The translations under genes and the position numbers were made by a program. From positions 77,872,001 to 77,936,000 of the forward strand of contig OZ241827.1 in assembly GCA_965202585.1 (NCBI GenBank): DNA of 64,000 nucleotides, written 5' to 3'. The notes beneath the pieces were generated by a model. It made no database searches. It saw nothing but the letters and a program-made list of their open reading frames with translations, and was not told where the DNA came from. This document shows positions 11,501 through 24,400 of this stretch, one piece after another. Origin of the DNA: Thalia democratica. Its lineage: Eukaryota. The first letter of the stretch is position 1, and every line of letters starts with the position of its first letter.

Positions 11501-12456
11501 ATCTTAGTATTTCTTCTGTGAGATTTACTTCACAGTTTCAGTATAAAACAAATAGCTGTAAAAACATAATAGTTAACTACACAATAATTATACGGTATTA
11601 GTTTCATTCAATATATTTTCCTTGAAAAATGGTTTTTGAAACTAAAAAATCTACTAAAATATACTGATTGTAAAAAATGTGTGAAAACATTTTATCAGTA
11701 ACATATGCATGCCCTTAATTAATTTGATACAGCATATGTTTTAAATGATCCTGTTCTTTTTTTAGTTTTACTGACATTTTAGTAATTTATCATTACGCCT
11801 GTAAGACTTAATTATGAACAGAAGCATACTGGAAATATGTTTGGACATGCTTTTTTAATTACCTTTTTGTGTTGTCTGGTTTAGGAATTACCTCCTATTA
11901 AATCATTTTGAAATTAAATTTTCTTCAATAAACATTTTTTAGCTTTATTTGTGTAACTTTTTTTTCAATTTTAAAATGAAATTTTATCAAGCTAAGTTTT
12001 TATTTTAGTTTAAAAGCATTTCAGTTTATGTATGTTTTAATATAATTATTTCGATATATTTAGCTAATATAGTACTATGACTGTTCTCTCTTTTTTAAAC
12101 ATTAATCATGATCTAAATATTAATCGATCACGTATTTTTTGTACTAAATATTAAAAAAAAACAATTTTTTCAGTTAAAAAAAATTATATACTTTTTAATA
12201 AAATATTTTTTACTACAATTTAGAAAATTTATAGAAAATGACAAAAAAAAACTAAAACTAATGATAAAAATTGTAAACAACTAGAATTAAACTGTAAAAA
12301 AATTGATTAAATACCTGTTGTTTTTGTTTATATAAAAAAAAGTTAAAAACTATTTTTTTAAAGTCGTGTTTTCCTAAACAAATTTTTACTTACTTGAAAT
12401 AAAAAAAACAAACAAACTTAAAAACATGTAAAAAGTAGACTTTTAATATTTTTCAA

Positions 12457-15400
12457 GACAAGTAGTTATTGCTCGATCATATGACAGAGAAATGGAGAAA
12501 TATTATTGGCTGACAATAGCATCACGTGATAAGCAGGGTTCATATCTATCTGAAGACTACATAAAAGTAGCAGTGACAGTTATGGATGTTAATGACAACT
12601 ATCCAGTTTCTGACCAGCCAAGCTACAATATCTCGTTAGTTAAATAGTACATGTTATGTAATAAATAAACTAAATTACTATTAAAAGCTAATTGTTACAA
12701 AAGTTTTAAAAAAAGTACAGTAAAATAAAAAAATTAGTGGAACTTGTTTGTAAATATGATGGTCATTAACTTTACGTTTATTACAAAAACTTAAAGTATT
12801 TTAAAAACTACAAAATCTTGAATGTTTATATATGAAAAGTATAATAAAATTTATTTTAAACGTTAAAGCAAATAGTTGTAAAAAGTAAATTAAATATATT
12901 TAATTACAGTGTGGATTCTGGAACACCTGTTAACACTCCTATATTAAATATACTAGCATCTGACAAAGATGAAGGTTTAAATGGAAAGTTTACATACACT
13001 ATCTTGAAAGCAGAAATATTTAAAATAAACTCTGAAACAGGTTAATTTCAAAAGTATTTATGTGTTTGTTTACTATTTTGGAATTACAGAAATTTTGTAA
13101 AAAAAAAAGTTTATTGAGCTAGTGTTCAGAAACATTAAAGAATTAAAAATTAAATTTTAAACTAAAAATGTGTTATGCATTTAGTTGCTATAGGTCTATT
13201 GGAACATCTTTAATATAACTATTTATAAAAATCTATAAGTTAAAAAAAAAAATAAAAACTGTTCATAGTTTTATATTTTAAGTTCCAAAAGTTGTTTTGT
13301 TTAATATTAGATAACCCCTTAGCTAATATCTGTTTTGTAACGTATGCATCTAATTTTTTGTACTACTTATAACTTTTATTGTTTATTAGTATAAGTTATT
13401 TATAGTTACCGTTTAAATAATGAGTTTGTTTGTAAAATTCTATAGATTGTAATAAGTATTAAAAACTGTAAGTTTAAGCGTATGTTAAAAAAGATCCAAG
13501 CGAAACGAATTCACTGGAATATGTAACAATATTGGAAATCGTAGAACATTCTTAAATTTAAAAAATAACTTATATCAAGTAACTTTTTTATGTAATTAAA
13601 CTTCAACTTGTTGTTGTAAATCCAAATTAAAAAAAAGTTATCATTTACATTCAATTAAAGGCTAAATCATTAGCGGTATATAATTAAATACATTCTCAAA
13701 TTTTTTTTTACAGTTACTGCTGATATATTGTTAGGAAATTTACGTAGTAAAATTTAGTACATACGTCATGAAGTTCAACGTGACGTCGAAATTTTTATAA
13801 GTGGTTTTTTTGTCATTTTAATTGGTTTTTGTCTACTTTTGTATGTACCTAGCTGAAAAATGTAGTCATGTAAAGGTCAAAACGTTTGTCAAAATGGTAG
13901 GTATGCTAACGATAGTAATTAGTATTTAAACTTAAGACATATAATACACTTGTTAAGTACACTTACAAATAAAACGTTCTGCTAGAGCTATAACGAATTC
14001 GGTTACATCAAAAAAAAAAGTTTGATTGAAAAGGTACTGAGTTTTACTCACTTAAATCTGTTTTAAATTTATATTTAATTAAACGTTGTTTCCTTTGTTG
14101 TACATGAAAAATTAGAATTACTAACAAAAAAAAATATATATTTTGATTCTTTAACAGAATACAATAGTCAAGTTGTAAAATGTTAACAAGATTTTAATAA
14201 AGTCTCAAAGTTGACAAAACAAAACTTATATGACCTGTAAGTCACAATAAAAATTAAATTTACTTACAATACCCTGTGGGTTTATAAAAGGAAGCCAAAT
14301 TAAACAATTGAAACCGCTCTCACAGAAAGTGAGCTAATCCCTATTTACTTTTACCGTTTAACTTAGCTAGTCAAAAGCTATTTTGAATGTCTTTTGTTAA
14401 TCAGTAGCGCGTAGAAGTAAAAGGATGACATTTTAATTTACGTGCGATTAGACATATAAAAAGTCGCGGTCTCTATAAGAGCTAATTCCAACCGGATATT
14501 AATAAAGTTTTTAAATTTAGTTTGTCAAATATAATTTAATATAATACTGTTAAATTGCAATAAGTAAAATTTAAAAGATTTTTAATAGTTATCTTAAACC
14601 AAGTCTATAGTTTGGTGAAACTGTTTATTTTTATTTTGAATAAGGGGTTTGTTTGATAAACTGATGTATGGCTGGTTTATTTTATTTCAAAAGCTTTAAA
14701 TTAATATTTTAAAACACATTTAAAGTGTATTATATTATTTTCTAACTTCAAATATCGTTTTTGCTTTAAAAAATTTAAAAATTATCATTTACACAAATAA
14801 GAATTTTATAGTAAAACTAACTTTGATATAGTTTTGGTTATAAAAATGTTTACCTAAAATGTGTTCCACAATAGTGTAAAAAACTACTTATATATATAAA
14901 GTAAAAATAATACACATACCTGTTTCAGTAAATGCGCATAGGTTGTACTTAACACTTATAAAAATTACCTTCAAAACATTAAATTGCCATAGAAACAAAA
15001 AAACCGAAATAAGTTGTAAAATTGCTCATAATAGCCAAGAGTTTGTTTACATTCACTAGGAAGATCAAACGCAGTTATACTGCTCATTTAGCAATTATTT
15101 GTTTTAAAGCAACAATGCTTTGTGAAAGAACTTGTTTTGATTTGAAAGCATCAATCTAATTAAAAAAGAAAATATAATAAAGTAGTAATTATTTCCTGTT
15201 CATTTGATCCCTACCAATTATGCAAAGCAAAGGTTAATTTTATGAGCAAGCATTCTTAAATGATTAATAACTTAAGTAAAGATATTTGCAAAAAGTATAT
15301 AGTTCAGCAACTCAAATATAAAAAAAAATCTGATAAAAAAGTTATATTAATTTTATCCAAGATAAAACTTATCGAAAAATAGATATACTTTTTTTTCTAA

Positions 15401-18400
15401 CAGAGACTTTTATTTAGCATATTGACATTTTTTAAATTTTAGAGAAATATCTGCTTTAAACACTTACAGTCTTTTATTTTGTTTTATTAAAATGCTACAA
15501 AAATGATATTTTTTTTAGTTTTTGAATAAGATAGCAATTGCTTGTGTTACTTAAGTTAAATTTAATTTTTAAATGATGTTACATAACAATATTTGTTTAA
15601 TCTTGCTTTGTGTATTGTCTCAACTATTGTTACGAAATATTGAATGAAGCTTATAAATAAACATAAAACTTTATTTTAAATAATCTTGTTTGTTCAAGTA
15701 ATCATTATTCTTCTGCAATTTAATAAAATCACATGTTTTTATTATATACGAGTAAGGATTGTCTATTCAATGAAACACGTCAAAATACTTGTGTAAACCA
15801 CAATTACTTTAAAAATCTGAAGTTCATCTGATAAAATAATAAAAATAAAATTAGAATCTTTTACATTTTTTGTTGGTTGAATTAAAACATAAAATGGGTA
15901 ATTTATCAACTAATGTTATTGAAATGCCAGTTATGTAGATAAACAAGTATACTTAACTCCTAAATAACAAAACATGTCTTATGCACTGAATTAACCTCAA
16001 ACTAAATGCAGCAAAACATATAATGATTGCTCTCAAGTCTAATACTTGCGTTTAATTCTAATTTTACAAAGTAGATCTTATTATCATTATTTTTGTCAAA
16101 AATATTTTTTAACACCTTATTAAATACAAGAATAAACTTGTTGTAATTCTAAAGGTAAAAATTAAAACATTTTTATTAAAAATGTTCTGTCATAAAACCT
16201 ACATTTTGAAATGAACTTTTATTAAATACGTTGTCAAAAGTTTTATACAGACTTTTGCAATTGATTGTATCCTGTATTTTTATGTTTTTAGTAATCAATA
16301 ATACTAAAGTTTATTTGAAAACTCATATGAACAAAATCTTTCGAACTATTTTACGAATTGTTTGATGTGGTCAGACTTTGAATTTTCATTTCCTTACAAC
16401 AATATGCATTTGACAGCAAAAATATACAAATTTGATGTTACCAGCAAGGTGTTTTAGTTTTTAATTTAAAAGATATTATAAAAATAATACTTTAACAGCT
16501 ACTTGTTTGTCTTAATTATTTGAAATATTAAGCTTACTTAACAAAGCAAAGTGTATGTGTTTAACATCAAAATAAGTTTAAACTAGTCTGAATAACTTGT
16601 TTAAAATGTAAACCTAAAAAAAAATAATTATTTTGATTAATTTGTTTTTCTGTGATGTATAATTTATAAAATTGAACAGAAACTTCGTTAAAAAATCGTT
16701 TTTACTAAATTGTTAAAATACTGACTATTACTGTAAAGTTCATAATATATATGTTATTCATTACATTCGTATATACAGTAAAGTAAACGACTGTTGAAAG
16801 GAAATCTTTTAAAAGCTTCAAGTACTTTATTTTTCTAAATGGAATCAAAAACAAATAATATTAAAAAATAAAAACAATCTAATGAGTAATACACTTGATG
16901 TTATAACACAGTTAAAAAAAGTTGTACGACAACAAAAACAAATCAGTTAAGTTTTTGATAAAAATTTCTTGTGTTTAAAATAAAATTACAGTACGGTACA
17001 TAGGATAATAAAAAAAAAGAACAAATATAAACGTTCATGCAAAACTGTTACTTCTCAGCAGGAGACTAGTTCACAAAATATATTAAAATTTAGACAACTT
17101 GGGTGGTTACTTCAAAGGAAACCAAAAGTCTTAAAAAATTAATTTACCTATAAACTTTATAGAATTGTTTATTGTTTATTACCACAAAGATAAACAAATA
17201 ACGTAATCGTAGAAAAGTAATTTATCATAAATTGTTGTCTTATAAACATTAACCAAGTGGTTCTGTTTATTAACAAAAACGCTACCCTAGCTTATATTAA
17301 GATTTAAATAAACATAAGATTTTAAAGTATTAGTTAATTTTTATTACGTTTTTTCCTTTATATTAGCTTATATTACATAATTAAATTTATAGCATTTTTA
17401 AATGGAATTCTTTTTGTGCTTTTAAAACAGCTTAAAATATTTAAAGTTATGTAAATGAAAAACATCAAAAAAAGTATTTTTATTTTCACAGCATTCCCAC
17501 GCTTTGTAGTTCTGTGTGTTTTTACCGCAATTATGACGTAATTAAGAATATATAAATTGAATTTGTTTAAAGCCAAGTTTCTGTACAACTAAACAAAACT
17601 AAATGTAATTATGTATTTGTGTATTAGGATAATTTATAAACTACTTTTACAATAGTTTTAACTCTATTATTTAATAAACTAACACTAATAAAAATGAACA
17701 AAATGTTTTAAGACTAGAGTATACGTTAGGTAAATAATACTTGTATTTTTCATTTATTAATTTTTTTATAATTGACAAAGTTTAATTTTATTTACATTTA
17801 TACGTAGTTTCTCTATAAATTAAAAAAAGACAACGTTTAATAACTAATAGAAGAAATAAGAATGTTAATTAAAAATTAGTTTATTTATTCAAATGTTTAA
17901 TTCTTAATGGTGTAGTGTATAACTAAATAAAGAAGTAATTCTTAAGTTTAGTATAAAAAGTAAACTAAAAATTTATTTGGTTTTACTATTTTTTAACCGT
18001 TTTAGATTTATTTCTAGGTCAAATTTACACTGCAAAAGAGCTGGTACCAAATGTACTTGATGGATTAAAACAAATTTCGTTCGTTGTAAGTTTTAATTCA
18101 AATATTCATGAAACTATTAATAAAAATTAGTCTAAACTCAAGATCTTATAATGTAATATGACTCAACTTAAAAGCACAAGTTTTAAATTTTAATCTTTAT
18201 TTAGTTTTGTGATGATTTCTGAGGTTTTCAATTTAAAAAAAACTGAACGTAATTTTTTTATAGCTGTGTCGATAGACATATTTATTTATCTTTAAAAGAT
18301 ATATGTGTGGAGTATCTGTTGTATCTTAAAGTAGTTGTTTTGTTTCAAACTTTATTCAAAGTTTTGATTGTGTTTAAAATTGTAAAGATTAAACAACATA

Positions 18401-21400
18401 ATTTTAAAAATCACTTAAAAAATAGAGAATTCATTAAACTTATCAAAAAAATTTTTCAAAGTTACGATTTTATGACGTAAAAAAACTTCCGTCGTGAAAT
18501 GAACTGTAAATTTTTGACACCATTTATTTTTTGTATTTTTGCATAAATCTATATTATTAAATTCTTGTACAATTTGTAACTTCAGACTGAATAATAATGA
18601 AAACTTATTAAACTTACTTTATTTACTTTAAGTTTAATTGAAGCACCTTTTTTCTTTTAATAATGTTTGTTATACCTAAATATTTGTACTAAACTACTAA
18701 AAAATGTTTTATTTTTTGATTTACATGTTGTATACATTTTTAATTATAATTAATCTTAATGATAAGTTTAAACTGTACTTAAATAAAAAGCTAAAATAAC
18801 TTTTATATTTTGATTATATTTCAAAACTAGAATACAGAAACTGACAAAAAGTATAAAGCTGGCTCTATTTTTTCATGTTTTGTTATAATATTAACAACTT
18901 TATCTCAAAGGTTTATGTTGCGACCAGCCAAACTTCTACTTAACAATACATAATATTTTCAAACAAATTTTAATTTGACATGATTAAAGAATATCTTAGC
19001 AAATAATCTACACAATATTAGCAGTAAATTTAAATTCGAATTACTCATAAAATTTTGAGTCAAATCCTTAAAAATAAGTTCTTTCTGATGACAATTTTCA
19101 GATTTTACACTTTAAGTTCGTAACTTTTTTTATTACTAGATTCTTAAGCTCTGCACTTATGTATTCTTTTTCTATGACCTTGCTGATTAAATAAATCAAA
19201 AACTACTAAAAGAAAGCAGTCAATTTATTTTCTTCGCGTAATTAATTATGACAACAATAAATATTTCAAATTGACCTTGACTTACGATTGTTTAGAGAAA
19301 AGGTTTAATAGTTTAAATAAGAAAGTTTTTATTTTCCCAAGAACAAACACTTGTGTTTTTAATTGACCAAAAAGTTATAAGCAAACAACTTTATAATAAA
19401 TATCATGAAGTTTAATGCTATTTTATTTACGGTTTATTTAGGAAACTATTTTGTATTTTTATCTACAATGCGTTTTCAAGCTAAGTAAGTTATCATAATT
19501 AACTGATCATAAATTAAGTCGTCTGTATTTTCACATGAAGTTAGCTTTAGTAATGAACGTCTATTGTTTACTATTAATTGTTAAAATTGAAAAAAATTAA
19601 GGTAAATATGGAAGATAAAGGAGTACCAAGTTTATCATCTCAAGTCCCAGTGACTATAAACTTTAACCAGGAAAACTTTAATGAAGGTGCACTTTTTATT
19701 TGGTGAGATAACAATCTATTGTCGGATATTCGGTTATGGAGAAACGAACAAGATTCACAAAAAATGTCAGTTGTTAATTTAATTGTTTTTTGTTACACGT
19801 TTATTTAATTATTAAGCCAAAAAAAACTTTCTTATACGTTTTTGTTTACACTAAATTAGATAAACTACAATAATGTAGTATATTTTGTGCAAAATTTACA
19901 AACAATTAGTTCAACCAACTAAATTATAAGTTTTTTGTCTTGATTTTTTAAAACCTTACGAAATAATTTCTAAAGTTTTAAAAACCCTTCTATTTTAAAA
20001 TATTAATTATGATAAATAGGTCTAATGGCACGTTTAATACCATTGTGTTGCATTTAAACTACAGAATTCGAATCAAAGCATATGGTACTCAGCAAGAAGC
20101 AGTAAATATTAAATACTCATTGATTGAAACGAATAATTACATAATAAATGAAAATACTGGGGTTATACACACTAGTAGAAGCAACTACAAACTTAACACA
20201 GTGCAAACCATTAGGGTAAATTTTTATTTAAAATAATTTCTACTGTAATTGTTTACTAAAAAATTGTAAGCAGAATACTCTACAGTTTTAACAAATTTTG
20301 TAATTATTCTAGAAGTCCACAGTAGTAACAATATCGTTGAAAAAGAAAATTTTCTTCTCTGTAATCTCTTTTCAAGTTTAAACTAATTTTAATTGTTAAG
20401 ATAATTATTTAAAGGTAAAAGCAACAGACAAGTATTCTAATGAAGCTTCTGTGCAATTAACTATAACCTGGCTTGAACGACCAAGCTTGCAAAGAAGGTC
20501 TAAACTTGCATTTAAAAACAGAATTCACAAGTACAAATATCAGGAACATACGAACTTCAAACCTTACAGAAACAGATTTATTGCAAACATCAAACCTGTA
20601 AAATCAATATACAACAAAAACTTGCAGTACATGATAATTGGTGAGTAAAAAAAAAACTATTCTGTGCAAGTATAACTTCAAAAATAAAAATATCGAAATG
20701 AAAAAAAAAATATTAGCTTATTTTTATATGTATGTTTTAATAAAACATCTCTATTTCTTGCATAACAATACTACTTGAATAATTACAGTCGAATTAGCTC
20801 AAATTCATAAATACTATTTTTATGTTAAAACGAATAATTAAATATTTTTATTTAATTTTACCTATGCATAAAAATACATTTTAAGTAAACTTTGACACAT
20901 TATAAGAGTCAAAATTGTTGTAATTAAGCTTAAAAATGATCAAATACTTAAAGTTGTACCTTTAATAAAAGAAACTTACTTGGTGAAGAAAAACTTTACT
21001 AGCTCTTTTGATAGCCTTAAAAGAATTTTTAACATTCTTTAAACTACTAACTTCAGACGAAAACTAATAAAAACATGTTATTCTGTATCATGATAAAAGC
21101 ATATGTGTAACAAAAACTTCTAATCTGACAACACATTTACCCGATAATCAGACAGAGTAAACCGATAATCCATCTAAAGCGGTTAAACGCGGCCCACAAA
21201 ATGTCTTGATGGTTCTTTAAGGTGTTTACAAACAAAAAGTTATATTTACTAAGTCAAACATAGTTTGATAATTGTTGCTTAAATCTTTCAAGTATTTATT
21301 TTTTATTTAAAAGAAACTTAAACTTATACCTTTTAAAACTGATCGCAGCTAAACAAATTTATTAACTTTTTTTTTTATGTTTTCAAAATGAATAAATATT

Positions 21401-24400
21401 TTTGACTCTCACTTGTTAAAATCTTGCACATAAGTAAAACAACAATAAATGTTGTAAAGTATAATTGAAACAACCCTTAAAAATACATTCATTTTTGAGA
21501 AAGCAATTGATCAACTCAATCGATTTTTTGTCACCAGAGAATATCAATTTACTGCAGCTTATATCCGCCTCAAATATAAAATATTATACAAAAGATGTTG
21601 ATTAATTGCTTTTTCATTTTAGTTTATCTCTTAATTGTATCAGTAACGGCAACGCATTGCTGTTTTATTGATTTTTATATACAGTTAATAGTTCAGCTTT
21701 TATAAAAAAAAGTTTTTTTTTTTCTAATTTGAAGCAAAAAAGGATTTAAAATTTAAGAATAGTAAAAATAACCTTTGTGGTTTGTTTAGGATTATTTTGA
21801 AAAAGTTATAGGTAAAATTATTGAAACCTAAACTTTTAAAGCTGAAAGTAACTGATGTGTTTGGTGAGCTTAAACCACTAAAAAAAAAATAACTTAAACT
21901 AATATAAATTTAATTCAAATTATCCATTTACTCAGATGGAAATGAAGATTTAATGTTCTTTTTGCATCCAAATAGTGGAAATTTGTATGTATTTGGTGAA
22001 CCTGATGCTGAGAAAATAAATAAGTATCAATTAACCGTAACAAGTAATATACTTAGTTTAGATTTACTCAAATACTAAATGCATGTTTTTTAGTGTTTAA
22101 TATAATTAGAATTAAATTTATTATTCTATAATAGGTGTAGTATTAAATGACTTTTTGATTAAACTATGTGTTTACAAAACAAAGTATGTGAAGAAAGAGA
22201 AATTCTAACTCTTAGGTAACAATAGAAATTGAAGATAAAAATGATAATCAACCACGATTTGATTTTCCGATAATTAGTATGAACTTAATGGAAAACGTCC
22301 CAATAAACAGTTTAGTGACAAAATTATCAGCAAATGATGCAGATAGTTAAGCTTCGAACAGAAATTTCGTTTACAAATTAGTTGGTGCTGCAGACAGAAA
22401 TAGTTTGGATAAATTTACTGTCACATCAAACGGTTTGTTTTATTTTATTGCTCATATATTTCTACTCAGCAGTAGTTTTATTTGAACAATTTAAACAGGT
22501 CAAGTAAAAACGTTAAGTAAATGGAATCGGGAACGTCAAAATAAACATCATTTAATTGTTCAAGTCTTTGATCAAGGATCACCTAATCCATTTAAAGTTA
22601 GATATCATCTACTAATACTCCATTATCTTTAATTATTTCTATAATAATGTATAAATTTATTATAAGTTCTAGACTGTAGACTTTATACTTTTGTACATTT
22701 ATAAAGTATAAAGCTATGTTTATTTAAATAGAAAGTTAAAACAAATTTGTTACAGAACAACTGTTACGTCATAATTACTTTGAATGACGTGAACGAAGAT
22801 ACGCCTGCTTTTATCAGTCAAAATTACCGAGCCCAGTTTTTAATCGATGGTGAAAACCCTAGTTTGCCTGAAACCCAACAGGTGTATCGCATGATTGAAG
22901 GTAGCAAGTTAGGCGAAATTATTTTACTTGTAGACGCAGTAGATGACGATATCGGTCGAAATGGTAAAATCACTTACTCTATTGTTAAAGGTAAATACTT
23001 ATTACAGTAATTGTAAATATATATTTTTAAGAACTTTTTTTTTAATTATTAAAACAATTTTACATCAATAGTTTGCTAACAAAATAAAAACTCTTAGAGT
23101 AAAATCACATTTTAAAATATCATATTTACTAAACATTAACTAAAAATTTTTTAGTTAGAACAGTTAAAACTTTAATGTTTCATAATTAAAAATAATACTA
23201 GATAAACTTAATTGTATATTTTTGTTTAAAGAATGTTCTTAAGGTTTTACTAATAAACATTATTATGAGCATTTTTTCAAAGTTTTTGGTTTTGAATAAC
23301 AAAAGGCAATAGCACTTTTATAATTTTGTTTTCATAGCAAATATTTCGAATAATTCGATAAAAATAGTTTTATAACAAGCCAAACCAAACAGAAGTAATA
23401 ACATTATTTTGATTTTAATACCCTTTGTTTAAAGACCTCACCTCTATAATATTCTAATATTCAAAAAATAAAGTTGGTCTTTTTAGTAAATGAAATCTTT
23501 AGTCGCTCCGCTGTATACAATGAGAAAAATCAATCTTTTCTTTACGAACTTGCGCTATGAAGTTTATTTTCTTGTATTTTCGATTTTAAATAAAATTTTT
23601 TGCTCACTTCCAAAACACTTTCAATTTATCCTAGACCGTATTTATTTTTATAAAATATTTCTTTTTGTATTCTAAGTGTTCTAAAATTTTTTGAAAAATC
23701 TTTTTTTTTTCTAATGTACTAGATAATTTATTAAATTTATAAAAGTAAACAATTAGTGAAGTATTTTTTTTTCAAATTTAAAAAGTATTTGATACTAAAA
23801 ATACTGACAAAAAAGTTCAGAACTAAACAAATTGGTTTCCCTAGTAGCATTATGTAAAAAAAAAAGAATAAGTGACAATTTTTTGGGTTCTAAGTTCTTT
23901 GAGGTAAAACTACTAATTTAAAAACTGACAATGAGTTGGAAACGCGTCAGGTTTTCGTATAACTGACAATTAGATGTCACACATGACTTTGCCACTTTGT
24001 AATTACTTTATACTAATAAAAATTTTCAAAAGTTACATTAAAATTGAACATTTTAGCAATGCAAAATCAATTATAGTTTCAGTTTGTTTATTAGCTTACT
24101 TTTATGAAAAATTATGAAATTTTAAGAAATTAGTTTTAAAATTAGGTTGACCTCAGTAAAGTTATACATTTTTTCAAATAGTTTCTCGTATATTTAAATG
24201 TTCTGAAAAAATTTTAACCTAGATAAAGAATAAAATATCCGTACTTACTATAAAATAGTGGTTTTTAGTCCTAAAACATCTGCAATAAAATAATTATCTT
24301 ACTAGAAACAATTATGATTTGCATCAAAACAATAACAGATGTTTACAAAACTTTTAAAATCTGTGTGACACTGATCTTTTTAAAAATTGAAAGTTCTGAC

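Larger units (their letters stand above)
1..24273 (+). repeat. Large direct segmental/tandem duplication, copy 1 (matches 39781-64000; offset 39780 at the start, about 39727 at the end)
   Basis: Position 1 (taaatgcggactagacatg) equals position 39781, and the two segments are colinear to the window end (tttagtccta at 24273 and 64000). Identity by eye is about 91-99%, block-wise. Confidence 0.97.

Noticed and set aside
13713-13877. Plus-strand exon-like segment ending in SCKGQNVCQNG (EGF-like start) inside a large intron
   Set aside because: Three in-frame stops, no further EGF cysteines nearby, and no place for it in the Fat exon chain.
14269-14274. Minus-strand 6-nt micro-exon candidate (cccacag|ggtatt|gtaagta)
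   Set aside because: Good splice signals but no partner exons could be linked; may be chance in AT-rich DNA.
17373-17588. Minus-strand 71-aa ORF with a hydrophobic stretch (also 57170-57385), and similar small ORFs at 7338, 9535, 23490, 24853 and 58006
   Set aside because: Low-complexity F/I/L/K/N composition, mostly non-ATG starts, no splice or domain support. Conservation between copies is uninformative in near-identical blocks.
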